A DNA stretch of 56,517 nt, the filler included, from Squatina squatina (Eukaryota), in NCBI GenBank assembly GCA_031763465.1. It is 3 parts of 3 records of this genome, joined end to end, with 100 filler letters (N's around TTAATTAATTAA, not from the genome) between each part and the next. Parts side by side here need not be neighbours in the genome. Positions count along the whole stretch, not along the records: positions 36,257 to 56,517 come from JARFOE010000168.1; 2 more parts are not named here. One strand, given 5' to 3'. This document shows, piece by piece, positions 37,281 through 47,912 of this stretch; the first letter of the stretch is position 1, and every line of letters starts with the position of its first letter. A program made the position numbers and the translations under genes. Under the pieces are notes generated by a model. The model had not been told where the DNA came from. It saw only the letters and a program-made list of their open reading frames with translations, and ran no database searches.

Positions 37281-37923
37281 CTTATATATTAAGCTGACTG
37301 AATGGGCCTGTGGGATGACTGCCCAGCCCAAGAGTGCTGCGCTATGTATTACGTGACATCCAACGATTGTGATTTGCAGCTTGTTGACTGGGAGCAAATG
37401 GTGTGAAGGGAGCCTTGGGATCAATCGATATCCAATAGAAGGTCACCCTCTGTGTCTCTCACTCTTTGTTTGCTTAGAATAATGATTCTGCCACTGAGAG
37501 CTGTCAATAATTGCTGGGAGTCCTGATGTTTATTAATCGCTGCTCTGTCACAGCCTCCACACATCCATTCAGACTTAATTAAAGCTGCCAATAGCTGCAA
37601 TTCTGTGAGCGCTGCACAAACTTCAGCAACAAACAGGCTGAATCCCAATCCAGCCCTGCCGCACAACACAGAGTGCAAGGAACCTTGAGAGGGCCTGATC
37701 AAATCGGCACTGTCGCGGNNNNNNNNNNNNNNNNNNNNNNNNNNNNNNNNNNNNNNNNNNNNNNNNNNNNNNNNNNNNNNNNNNNNNNNNNNNNNNNNNN
37801 NNNNNNNNNNNNNNNNNNTCTGCTGGAACATTCACAGACATACAGAAATGATCTATCTATGTGGAGGAAGGAGAGTGCAATCTCAGTATAATGGTGCCCG
37901 TCCACTCATTGAACAGTGGCATT

Positions 37924-38096
37924 CCAATCACGGTGGCTGTGTTTTGAGTTGTTCAGTGTTCCCTGATAGATTATTGGAGCTGCAGTTACACCGAGTGATT
38001 ACTGAACTATAAATGCACAAGCTGAGCATTTCATCAGAAATCAGGAGCATCGAGGAGCAAGCACAAGGGGACAGCGCGGACTGACACATGGTGAGT
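37924..38096 (+). promoter_or_regulatory. Candidate Pol II promoter and short first exon
   Basis: CCAAT 37924, ATTGG 37973, TATAAAT 38008, then ATG|GTGAGT donor at 38088-38096. Confidence 0.3.
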
Positions 38097-40639
38097 GGCC
38101 CCCCTTAAGCTCACTGCAGGAAAATTACACGCCTTCTGAAAGCCATTCTCGCCGAAGCGTTATTTTAATATAAAATGACACCTGATAGGGGAGTGAATGA
38201 TTTTTTTCATTATTGCCGGTTACCAAACCTATTTTCATGAGATTTGTCATTTGTGAAGCAATTTAAGAGAAGAGCAGGGATGGGATTATTGAGTGGGCGA
38301 TCATTGCAAGTTCGGAAAGAGAGAGGAAGGAAATGTGTTCACACTGCTTCTTGCTGAGCTGCAATGGTAACAAGTTATCGCAGAATGTCGCGCTCATTAC
38401 CCTGTTGGATTTTACCTTGCATCCTCCTGATTTGTGCATAAGTGCACTTTTGTTTAAAGGTTTATTTTTCATTAACTTCCTCCCCTTTCCTCAGCACACT
38501 GACCGATCTCACAAAGGTCGAGGGAGCTCGGGGAACCCAACCATGCAGGCCCACGCTGTGACTGCGGGCAGGCTTTTCAACCTATCCCAGTCAAGCACTC
38601 CTGCACTGGCTCAATATCCAAACAACCGAACCTTGCATTTATATCCATTCCCGGGAGTGGAAGCAGAGTGGTTATATCACTGGGCGAGTAATCCAGTGGC
38701 CTGAACTAATGATCTGCGAGATGTGAGTTCAAATCCCAACATGGCTGCTGTGCAATATAAAATTCAGTTAATTAAATAATTCATTATTAACATAAAAGGA
38801 AAAAGCTAATGTCAGTAATGTCCAATATGATTGTCGTNNNNNNNNNNNNNNNNNNNNNNNNNNNNNNNNNNNNNNNNNNNNNNNNNNNNNNNNNNNNNNN
38901 NNNNNNNNNNNNNNNNNNNNNNNNNNNNNNNNNNNNNGCTAATGACATAAATCCAAATCTACCACAGCAGTTGGGAATTAAATAATAAATCTGGAATTAA
39001 AATCTAGTCTCAGTATGGTGACCATGAATCTATCAATTCAGTAATGTCCTTTAGGGTAGGAAATCTGTCTTCCTTACCCAGTCTGGCCTACATTTGACTC
39101 CAGTCCCAGTGTGTGGTTGACTCTTACCGCCCTCAGGTCAGCCAGGAATGGGCAATAAATGAGACCTTGCCAGCAGCACACACCTCTCGAGAATAAATTA
39201 CAAAATGTAATACAGGACTGGGTTAAAAGCTAAGATCGCAGTTCACTTGTATTCTGGGGATCAAGCCTCTAACAAATAGAAAAAGACCAGAAAATGTAAA
39301 ACTGTCTTGTTCTCGGCCCCATGCTGATGGGTAAAGTGAATAATGCAGCTGGTATTATACTTTGGTCTGAATCTTAAATTCATTGCAGCAGTTGCTTCTC
39401 TCCTCATGTGTTCGAGGGTTGATCGTGTTCCACTGAATGGCGCAGTTACCCTAAATGTCACCGTGAGATATCTGTGCTATTAATGGTGTCCTTCAGTTGT
39501 CCCCTGTGACTATCTTGTGTACTTCCAAGCTGTTAGCTCGAGGCAGCATGAGTGCTGACGGGTTATTCAACTGTGTGAGGCTGATCCTAATCCTCTTCTT
39601 ACGCAGCATTCACTTGCTGGGTAGCAATTGGCAGCGGGAATGCCGGCTGATTGCCCTCCCCGTAGCCCGGGGACGCAGGAGCTAAGTGTAGCTCAGGATG
39701 TTGACCTCAGCCAAGCCAGCTGTGGCTTGGTCTCAGTTTCCGACTGACCAGGCCTTTTGTTTGCGGCCAAGCACCCATCCCGTGTACTAGGACCCGGGCC
39801 TGCAATTCTTTCACTCAGTTTAAAGAAACAGTCCTCGGACTCAGATCCTTGAAGCGTGATGTCAGTGAGTGACTGCTGTTGTCTTTTATGACATAAGCAG
39901 GTGGATCTACCAGAAGTGGAAGGGCAATGCAAGGTTATAAACAGCAGTCAGATGCCAACTCATTGACTAGACAGTGAGGTGCCACACTTACTCATCATCC
40001 ATCTTACAAAACAAAATATAAAATCGTCAAAGCCTGTCAGCGAGGAACACTCACAATAAATATTTAAACATTTCTTTTTATCTCTGTATTTCTTTCCCAA
40101 ATCTATTTTATGTATCATCTTATTAAGCAGCCACACCGAGAGCACAGTGTTCAATGCCCTGTCACACACTAGTAAGTGATAAATAGATGATTGGGACTAA
40201 TTCTCCTGACAAAATGTACCACAAACGGTATTTAGCCCAGAAAGCCAGTCATTATCATCCTACAGCAACACTCTGCAGCCTTATCTCATAATGTGCGGTG
40301 AGAGACGACAGCAAAAAAAAACCCTGGTGCATTTGCCATTTAGTGCTGCTCTTGTGAAGGTGTTTATGAGAATCCATCTTTCTGAATTGCTTCCAGCACG
40401 TGCCGTATCTCCAGCAATCACTCATTCGGCCATTCTCACCTCCTGATAGATCACGGCCAGTCTAATCTGTTCTGATCGAGCAAGGATGAGTTTTAAATGG
40501 TTTGAGTTGAATTTTGCTGACTCCAAATTAACCCGAGCTTCAGCGCTTCCTGTATACAGAATGGGCCACTGCAGTTATTGCAACATCGCCTTTCTGTACA
40601 AAATAAAATCCTTGGATTTATACAACACCATTGATATAA

Positions 40640-40757
40640 TCTGGACATCCTGCAATGCCTCACAGCCAATGAAGTGCTTCTGAAGTGTTGTTATGTAGAA
40701 AATGCAGTGGTTAATCTGCACACAGTAAGATCCCACAAACAGCAAAGACAATGAGAG
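40640..40757 (-). mobile_element. DeuSINE (SacSINE1/AmnSINE1-like) 3' fragment
   Basis: Reverse complement reads TTGCTGTTTGTGGGATCTTACTGTGTGCAGATT..CTACATAACAAC..ACTTCATTGGCTGT, resembling the recalled Deu-domain consensus. Confidence 0.6.
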
Positions 40758-40857
40758 NNNNNNNNNNNNNNNNNNNNNNNNNNNNNNNNNNNNNNNNNNN
40801 NNNNNNNNNNNNNNNNNNNNNNNNNNNNNNNNNNNNNNNNNNNNNNNNNNNNNNNNN

Positions 40858-41245
40858 GTGTTTATCACTGTAATATTAGTGTTTGCTCCAGTGCATTAGT
40901 GTTACTATTCCAGTAATAACTAGCTCCCTTGTATTTACCACTATTTGTGTTTGTTCCAGTGTATTAGTGTTAATATTCCAGTAATAACTCACACCCTTGT
41001 GTTTGTCACTGTAATATTAGCATTTGTCCAGTGTATTAGTATTAATAATCCAGTAATACATCTCACCCTTGTGTTTATTACTGTAATATTAGTGTTTTTT
41101 TCAGCATGTTAGTGTTAATATTCCAGTAATAAATCTCTCCCTTGTGTTTATCACTGTAATATTAGTGTTTGCTCCAGTGCATTAGTGTTACTATTCCAGT
41201 AATAAATCTCTCCCTTGTGTTTACCATTGTAATATTAGTGTTTCT
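40858..41245. repeat. About 73-bp minisatellite, about 5 copies
   Basis: Unit GTGTTTATCACTGTAATATTAGTGTTTGCTCCAGTGCATTAGTGTTACTATTCCAGTAATAA..CCCTT. Confidence 0.9.
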
Positions 41246-43750
41246 GTCAATGCCACGTTCAGCCAGTTGAAAACAAACGAGATTACTGCTCCCTGGGAGA
41301 CCGGCCATTGCCTTTACCTGCAGCAATTAGAGAGTTAATGACCTACCGGGACCAGCAGAACTCCAGATTAATTCAATAATAATTGGAGATAACTACAGAG
41401 TTTTTAATCAAGATGGGGCTTCAAAACTATTCCTCCCCTAGCCTGAGCAAAGTGAAGCAATGCCTGGTAACGCAACCGAGTACTGGAGTGACTCTGATAG
41501 GGCTGCATAAAACTGTCTTAAATGCAGCCAAGAGTAAACCTTAAAAGGAAAGCATGACTCTGAAGTTTCATTTCAATTAGATAACAGGATTGTTTTGCCA
41601 GCACCCAGCATCGTGTCAGACTCTGCGAGATACATGACAATATAATTTGTTTTCCCAGTAAACTGGTGATATTCAGTCAAGTGGATTTCTCATTACCAAC
41701 TAAATGGCTGATCTGCAGATAAATTATTTTTACAACTGGCAGATTTTAATGGTAGGCACTTTATTTAGGGCATGTTATGCAGTATAAAATGGGAGAGCCA
41801 AGTTGAATTCTTATCGACAAAGCCGTAAATNNNNNNNNNNNNNNNNNNNNNNNNNNNNNNNNNNNNNNNNNNNNNNNNNNNNNNNNNNNNNNNNNNNNNN
41901 NNNNNNNNNNNNNNNNNNNNNNNNNNNNNNAGGTAAGCGATCAGGAGTGAGAACCTTGGCTCATTCTCCCCTCTCTCTCTCTCTCTCTCGGCCAGGGGCA
42001 CTGGTAGTTATTGTGGAAATCGCCAGCCCATGAATCACAGGCCACAGAGTGAAGCCACGACCTCCCTGTGCTGCCTGGATTGGCCTCACATTTGGTATTG
42101 CATTTACTCCCGAACCATGGCAAAGCAGGAAATGAATACAATGAATAACTGGAACAGAATCTGAAGATCACTAACTATCTGTGATACCTAATGAAATACT
42201 CGAGAGCATTTCATAAATATGAGTTATTTAACAGATTGGACGGGCCGGCCGTTTCCTCAGTGCTATGAGCCCTGTGATTGATTACACATTCCTATACCAC
42301 TGAACACATAGCTGATGATATTTAATTTTCTTTATCCCAAAGGAAAAGATGTGTGAAACCTCGGGAATGACATTAAATCATAAAATAATTTGAACTGTCA
42401 TCTGTCCAAATAGTGTGCATTCATCACCGGAGACCACATTAACACAATCCCCTTTTCAACCTTATCCATTCCTCAGCCCAAACACTCAGCATCTCTGCAT
42501 CGGCCCCTTCACCATGTTTGAATCTTCCCCCGCCCCCACCTGCCCGTCCCCCCGCCATCCCCCGAGTGACGCCGCCGATTATTGCGGAGGCAGGTATGAT
42601 GGTCTTTGCATCTCCCCCGCGGTGCTTCTCTCTGCTGGGACGCTGGCCTTGTGGCACAGTCGCTGAATCAGGAATCGGCAGCTTGTGCATTCACAATCCC
42701 ACCCAGGCAAATTGTGAACTCAGGTTAAAAAGTCCAGTAAGTCGTGAGCTTGCAACCAGAAAATGGCCCCGAGAGCTGCCAGGTAGTCTCAAACACCAAA
42801 GTGGTGCCCTTCAGTGAAGNNNNNNNNNNNNNNNNNNNNNNNNNNNNNNNNNNNNNNNNNNNNNNNNNNNNNNNNNNNNNNNNNNNNNNNNNNNNNNNNN
42901 NNNNNNNNNNNNNNNNNNNACACACACACAGTCACCAATGAATTTTGTCATTGCACAGCAGTGAGTGTGAATGCTGGCGGATATTTTCCTCTCCCTTACC
43001 CAGGGGTGTTGTGCCCCGAGCTTTGATCTCAGCTCCGCACAGGGCACTCACCAACCCAGGCCTTGGGGTTCCTGATGTACTGCCGTGTCGTCCACACTTC
43101 TAAAGTTATAGCCTAATATTCTGCCTCAATAACTACGTCGGTGGAGGGGTGGGGGAGGGGGGGAGCCCGTCCCGTATTAAGCAAGTGTATTTCTGTCGAG
43201 TTTGACACCTTGACTCATCCAAATGGAAGAGGAAGGTGAGAACAGCTGGTGCCACACTAGACTGAGCAGGCTGTGTGTTGGCAGAGTGCTCCTTCAAACA
43301 CTGCCTACCTCCAGCCTCGACAAGTGTAGCTTCCAATTAGACAATTAGCATGGTCGTGCTTTTATTTTCAGATCGGTTCAGTGGCCACGCAGAGCCGCAG
43401 GCGCCTGGAACACCATGTCAAGCGTGAGGTTTGTGGAGCTCCCTGCCGCCTCATTCATCTGTCACATCCGCCCGTCTGCTCAGTGTTCTGGCTTGAAGTT
43501 ACTTCCGTGTAATGGGATTGTGAGACTCAATCCTTTCCAGAGCCTTTCCTTCTACTGAAACAAATGCAACAGAGGATTAAGCTCACCGCTTAAATATTAT
43601 AAACCACTTTTCTTCAATGAATTAAGAAAATAATAATCACAAGTCTATGTNNNNNNNNNNNNNNNNNNNNNNNNNNNNNNNNNNNNNNNNNNNNNNNNNN
43701 NNNNNNNNNNNNNNNNNNNNNNNNNNNNNNNNNNNNNNNNNNNNNNNNNN

Positions 43751-44032
43751 CCTATAGATTGAGGTTCCAGTGTCCCTATAGATTGAGGTTCCAGTCTCCC
43801 TATAGATTGAGGTTCCAGTGTCCCTATAGATTGAGGTTCCAGTCTCCCTATAGATTGAGGTTCCAGTGTCCCTATAGATTGAGGTTCCAGTCTCCCTATA
43901 GATTGAGGTTCCAGTGTCCCTATTGATTGTGGTTCCGGTGTTCCTATAGATTGAGGTTCCGCTGTTCCTATTGATTGTGGTTCCGGTGTTCCTACAGATT
44001 GAGGTTCCAGTTCCCCTATAGATTGAGGATCC
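43751..44032. repeat. 24-bp minisatellite, about 11.7 copies visible
   Basis: Unit CCTATAGATTGAGGTTCCAGT(G/C)TC, head-to-tail with no spacers, running into an N gap. Confidence 0.95.
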
Positions 44033-45162
44033 TTGTTGAACGTACATAAAGTAAGCCCAGGTCTCCACTCCACTTCGCTGTCCACCAGGTCTGTGCACGA
44101 CAGGTCATGACAGGATCAGACTATGCTGTAAACCCCCCACAGTGAAACAGCCTGCTTGTGCTCACTGCCTGGCCTCACGTTGGGTGACATTGGCCTGGAA
44201 TTGGAGGGTGTTTGGAACCAATGGAACTGCGCCTACCACATAGTGAATGCCCTCAGCACTGCGAGGGGAGAAACTGGGCAGAAAGCAAACAACATTAAAA
44301 AAATTGCTCTCAGTTCAATGGCTTGTAAGAATTTGTGATTTATCTCTGTCCTGAAGGCACTGCCTCTCACTGGGGAACAGTAAGAAATTCTCTGTGAGTG
44401 TGATATTCGAGAAGGTATTCGACTGGGCCGGACCTGCCTTCAGCTGCCGTGCACACACCTTACAATTTCCAAAGGGGGTTACTGACTAGCGATTATGTAC
44501 AGGAACAGTGTGTATTTTTCATTTCTTCCTCCTTAGCTTGGGATAGGTGAAATGAATTGCGGCCCCTCCCAGTGCCTCGGCTGCGATCAGCGAACTCAGT
44601 CCATATCGGGGATGGAAGCCGGTCTGGCTGTATTAGTACCACACCGGCTGGTGCAGCTCGCCCACTGAGGCATCATTAGTCAACAACTCCCTGGCTCGTC
44701 AGTAACTTAGTCCCTTTCCTTAACATTGCTAGATGTCCGAGGCACAGTAAGATATAAAGTGANNNNNNNNNNTTAGCTTTTTAGGTCCCAGAGATAAATC
44801 GCTGTGTCAAACTTATGTACGCAAGGATCTCCATCCAATTCAGCACTGTGTACACCTCTGTAATTCAACCCCTGACCATCCATTACCTGATATATATTCC
44901 ACAAGTCGTCTGGGAAAGGCCCTGTCACTGAGCTTTGTCAAATCTAGGTAGGCAGCGCAGTAATGAGTTGCTTTAGGGTAGATATAAACTGCACTAAAGC
45001 ATGGGGTGAATTGAGTTAGGACGCTCCATGGGCACCGGCCTCATAACTCATACACAATCTTGGAATGAAACAATGCAGATTTGCTTTTTCTCTTCTGTTG
45101 AGGCCAGTGCAATGTTATCGCAATCCAGAATCAAACAGGAGAGAAACAATTCAGACTAAAAC

Positions 45163-45234
45163 ACATCACCCTGTGCTCGCTGACCTACACTGGCTCCTGG
45201 TTAAGCAACATCTCGATTTAAAAATTCTCATCCT
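45163..45234 (+). mobile_element. L2-clade LINE fragment
   Basis: HHPVLADLHWLLVKQHLDLKILI, matching the L2 HITPxLxxLHWLP motif. Confidence 0.7.
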
Positions 45235-45365
45235 NNNNNNNNNNNNNNNNNNNNNNNNNNNNNNNNNNNNNNNNNNNNNNNNNNNNNNNNNNNNNNNNNN
45301 NNNNNNNNNNNNNNNNNNNNNNNNNNNNNNNNNNTGCACCCTTTCATATCCTGCCTGATGATCAG

Positions 45366-45593
45366 TTGAGGAGAAATGTTTTCACCCAGAAGGTGGTGGG
45401 GGTCTGGAACTCTCTGCCTGAAAGGGTGGGAGAGGCAGAAACCCTCAGCACATTTAAAACGTACTTGGATATTCACTTGAAGTGCCGGAACCTACGGGGC
45501 TACGGACCAAGAGCTGGAATGGAAAGTGGGATTAGGACGGACAGGATGGGCCGAATGGCCTCCTTCTGTGCTGTAAATCTCTATGATTCTATG
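45366..45593 (+). mobile_element. CR1 LINE 3' end
   Basis: RRNVFTQKVVGVWNSLPERVGEAETLSTFKTYLD; ends in CTATGATTCTATGAT tail. Confidence 0.85.
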
Positions 45594-47684
45594 ATACACA
45601 GAACTCTCAGCCTCAGGAGAATTTTATGAAGCTGAAGATTCAGCTAAGTGTAATCAGGTCGGCTGAGGAATCAGGGATACTTTTATCTAGATGCTCTGTG
45701 TTGTCACAAAACCATCATTTATTCTGTTTGATGCAAATTGTACCAAAAAACGAAGTAATGTGGTAAATGTAAAAAAAAGGCTTTTGATTGTTGAGGATTG
45801 AGATGGTCACCTTCAAAAGGAGGTAGAAATAGAGACCCTATTTGGTATGCAATAGCTCAGGCCTTTAACCTCCAGCTCAGTGGCTTAGTGCCTCGGCCTA
45901 CCAACAGGCAGGGATACCTCGCCAACTGGCCACATGAAAAATACAAAACTCACGCTTCAAAACATATCTTCAAGCTGCCGTTTACTGCCGGGGACACAAT
46001 AGTTTAAGTAATTGTGACTCTGAGACTAAGTAAAAGGGAAACATACAGATGGCCCTTGACTGACTAGTGGGCACAGTTGCATAGCAACCAGTCACTGAAT
46101 ACCAGGCTGAATGAGAGAAAAAAAACGCCCTGTGCGTCAAAGGGATTGTTCTCCAAAGAATAGAATACTTCACCAAACAATTATCTTCACGCTTCGGGGC
46201 TACGGTTTAATTGATTTGTGCGGCTGTTGTTCTCTAAAAAAAATATTGCAACCGAATGACTGCATTCTGCAGACAGAAAGTTTGCAGGGGAGGATTTTTC
46301 AGGAATGTTTTGTGAATTGTTGCTTTTGTACAAAAGGTAGAGAAGCTTCAGTTGGATCTCCTCGATAGAATGTGCAGTTGGACTCTGATTCCCAATAGAG
46401 GGGAAAAAGCTACTCAAATATTTACAACTGACTTGAGGGCAGANNNNNNNNNNNNNNNNNNNNNNNNNNNNNNNNNNNNNNNNNNNNNNNNNNNNNNNNN
46501 NNNNNNNNNNNNNNNNNNNNNNNNNNNNNNNNNNNNNNNNNNNAGAGTGGATTAGGCAGTGAGTGGAATGGGGAGAGAATATGAGATGAGAGGATGGGTC
46601 GGAGGAGATTAGGAGAATGGGAAGGCAGAGGGAGCAAAGACAGAGAGTGAGAAAGTGAGTGGTCGCAGAAAGATTAGGTAGAGAGACACGAGTGGGGAGA
46701 GGCAGACCGAGAGAGGGAAGGGGAGTAGCACAGCATAAAGGAAATAGGAGAGAAGAGGAATGTCAGTAGAAAAATGTGTATAAATGCCAGAAAGTATATT
46801 TGTTTGAGAGGCATGCCAAATGATCACTTGCTGTTGTGAAAGTCAGCATAAATAATATTCAATTGTGTTGTGTGACAGCGATTACAGAGACTGGTGTTTA
46901 CTGGGCGCTGAATTACCGGGCCTGTAGAAAAGTGATTGTCAGCACGTCGCTCTTTAGCTGTGTCTGTATTTTACAGTCAGGGTCTGCTTCTCACAGACAA
47001 TAGCTGATATGGTTCACATTTCCTTCTCTAATTATATTATAATAAATATATGCTTGGTGAAGCACAGAGTCTGTCAGCAATCACCTGTACCATAAAACCT
47101 GTATTGTAAGTCATCCTAGAATCCTTTCTTGTTTTAACATTATTCTTTCAGTGAAAGAATTTACCGTATTTTCTGCTCTGAGAAGATTCTTATTGTTTAT
47201 TCATTCCCGGGATTTGGGCATCGCTGGCGAGGCCGGCATTTATTGCCCATCCCCAATCCCCCCTTGAGAAGGTGGTGNNNNNNNNNNNNNNNNNNNNNNN
47301 NNNNNNNNNNNNNNNNNNNNNNNNNNNNNNNNNNNNNNNNNNNNNNNNNNNNNNNNNNNNNNNNNNNNNNNNNNNNNATTCATGGTATATAACAGATGTT
47401 CTATTAGTTATTTGAGAAAATTGAATGGTTTGGAGTGAAACAGCAGGCAGTGTTTACCTTGCAGAGGAGAGTTCAGACACGGAGTAACAAATCTTCACAG
47501 CAGTATAATTACTTTCTGAGTGTTACAAGCATTCCCCAGCAAAGCTGCTTGGGCTTTACAAATGTGGTAATCAATCAGAATGTAGAGCGTGCTTAGAGAA
47601 GATCCTTTGATTAGAATAGGCTTTCTGTCCATCATATTTAAGTTTAGGCGAAGTGTTGTTCCTTGCTCTCGCTGTTCCTGGTGC

Positions 47685-47912
47685 ATCTATCCTTGGCCTC
47701 TCCGATTTCTCATCTACACGCTACCACTCAGTGACATCATCCGAAACCACAGCATAAGTTTCCACATGTACGCTGTTGACACCCAGCTCTACCTCACCAC
47801 CACTTCTCTCAACCCCTCCACAGCCTCTGATTTGTCACACTGCTTGTCAGACATCCCATATTGGATGAGCAGAAATTGCCTCCATCTAAATAATAGGAAG
47901 ACTGAAGCCATT
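47685..47912 (+). mobile_element. L2-clade LINE RT fragment, interrupted at 47913 by a GC-rich insertion
   Basis: PLRFLIYTLPLSDIIRNHSISFHMYAVDTQLYLTTTSLNP..LSHCLSDIPYWMSRNCLHLNNRKTEAI. Confidence 0.85.

Noticed and set aside
35876-37292. Hydrophobic Leu/Ser/Pro-rich ORFs resembling membrane proteins
   Set aside because: Translations of CT-rich simple repeats.
42560-42666. SDAADYCGG..ISPAVLLSAGTLALWHSR* as the missing GPI-signal terminal exon of CACNA2D2
   Set aside because: Only superficial D..CGG similarity, no convincing acceptor at the right position, and it lies beyond an artificial linker.
43637-44098. Repetitive ORFs (GTSIYRDT / EPQSIGTL) and CRISPR-like appearance
   Set aside because: Translation of a 24-bp tandem repeat; no spacers, no cas genes, vertebrate context.
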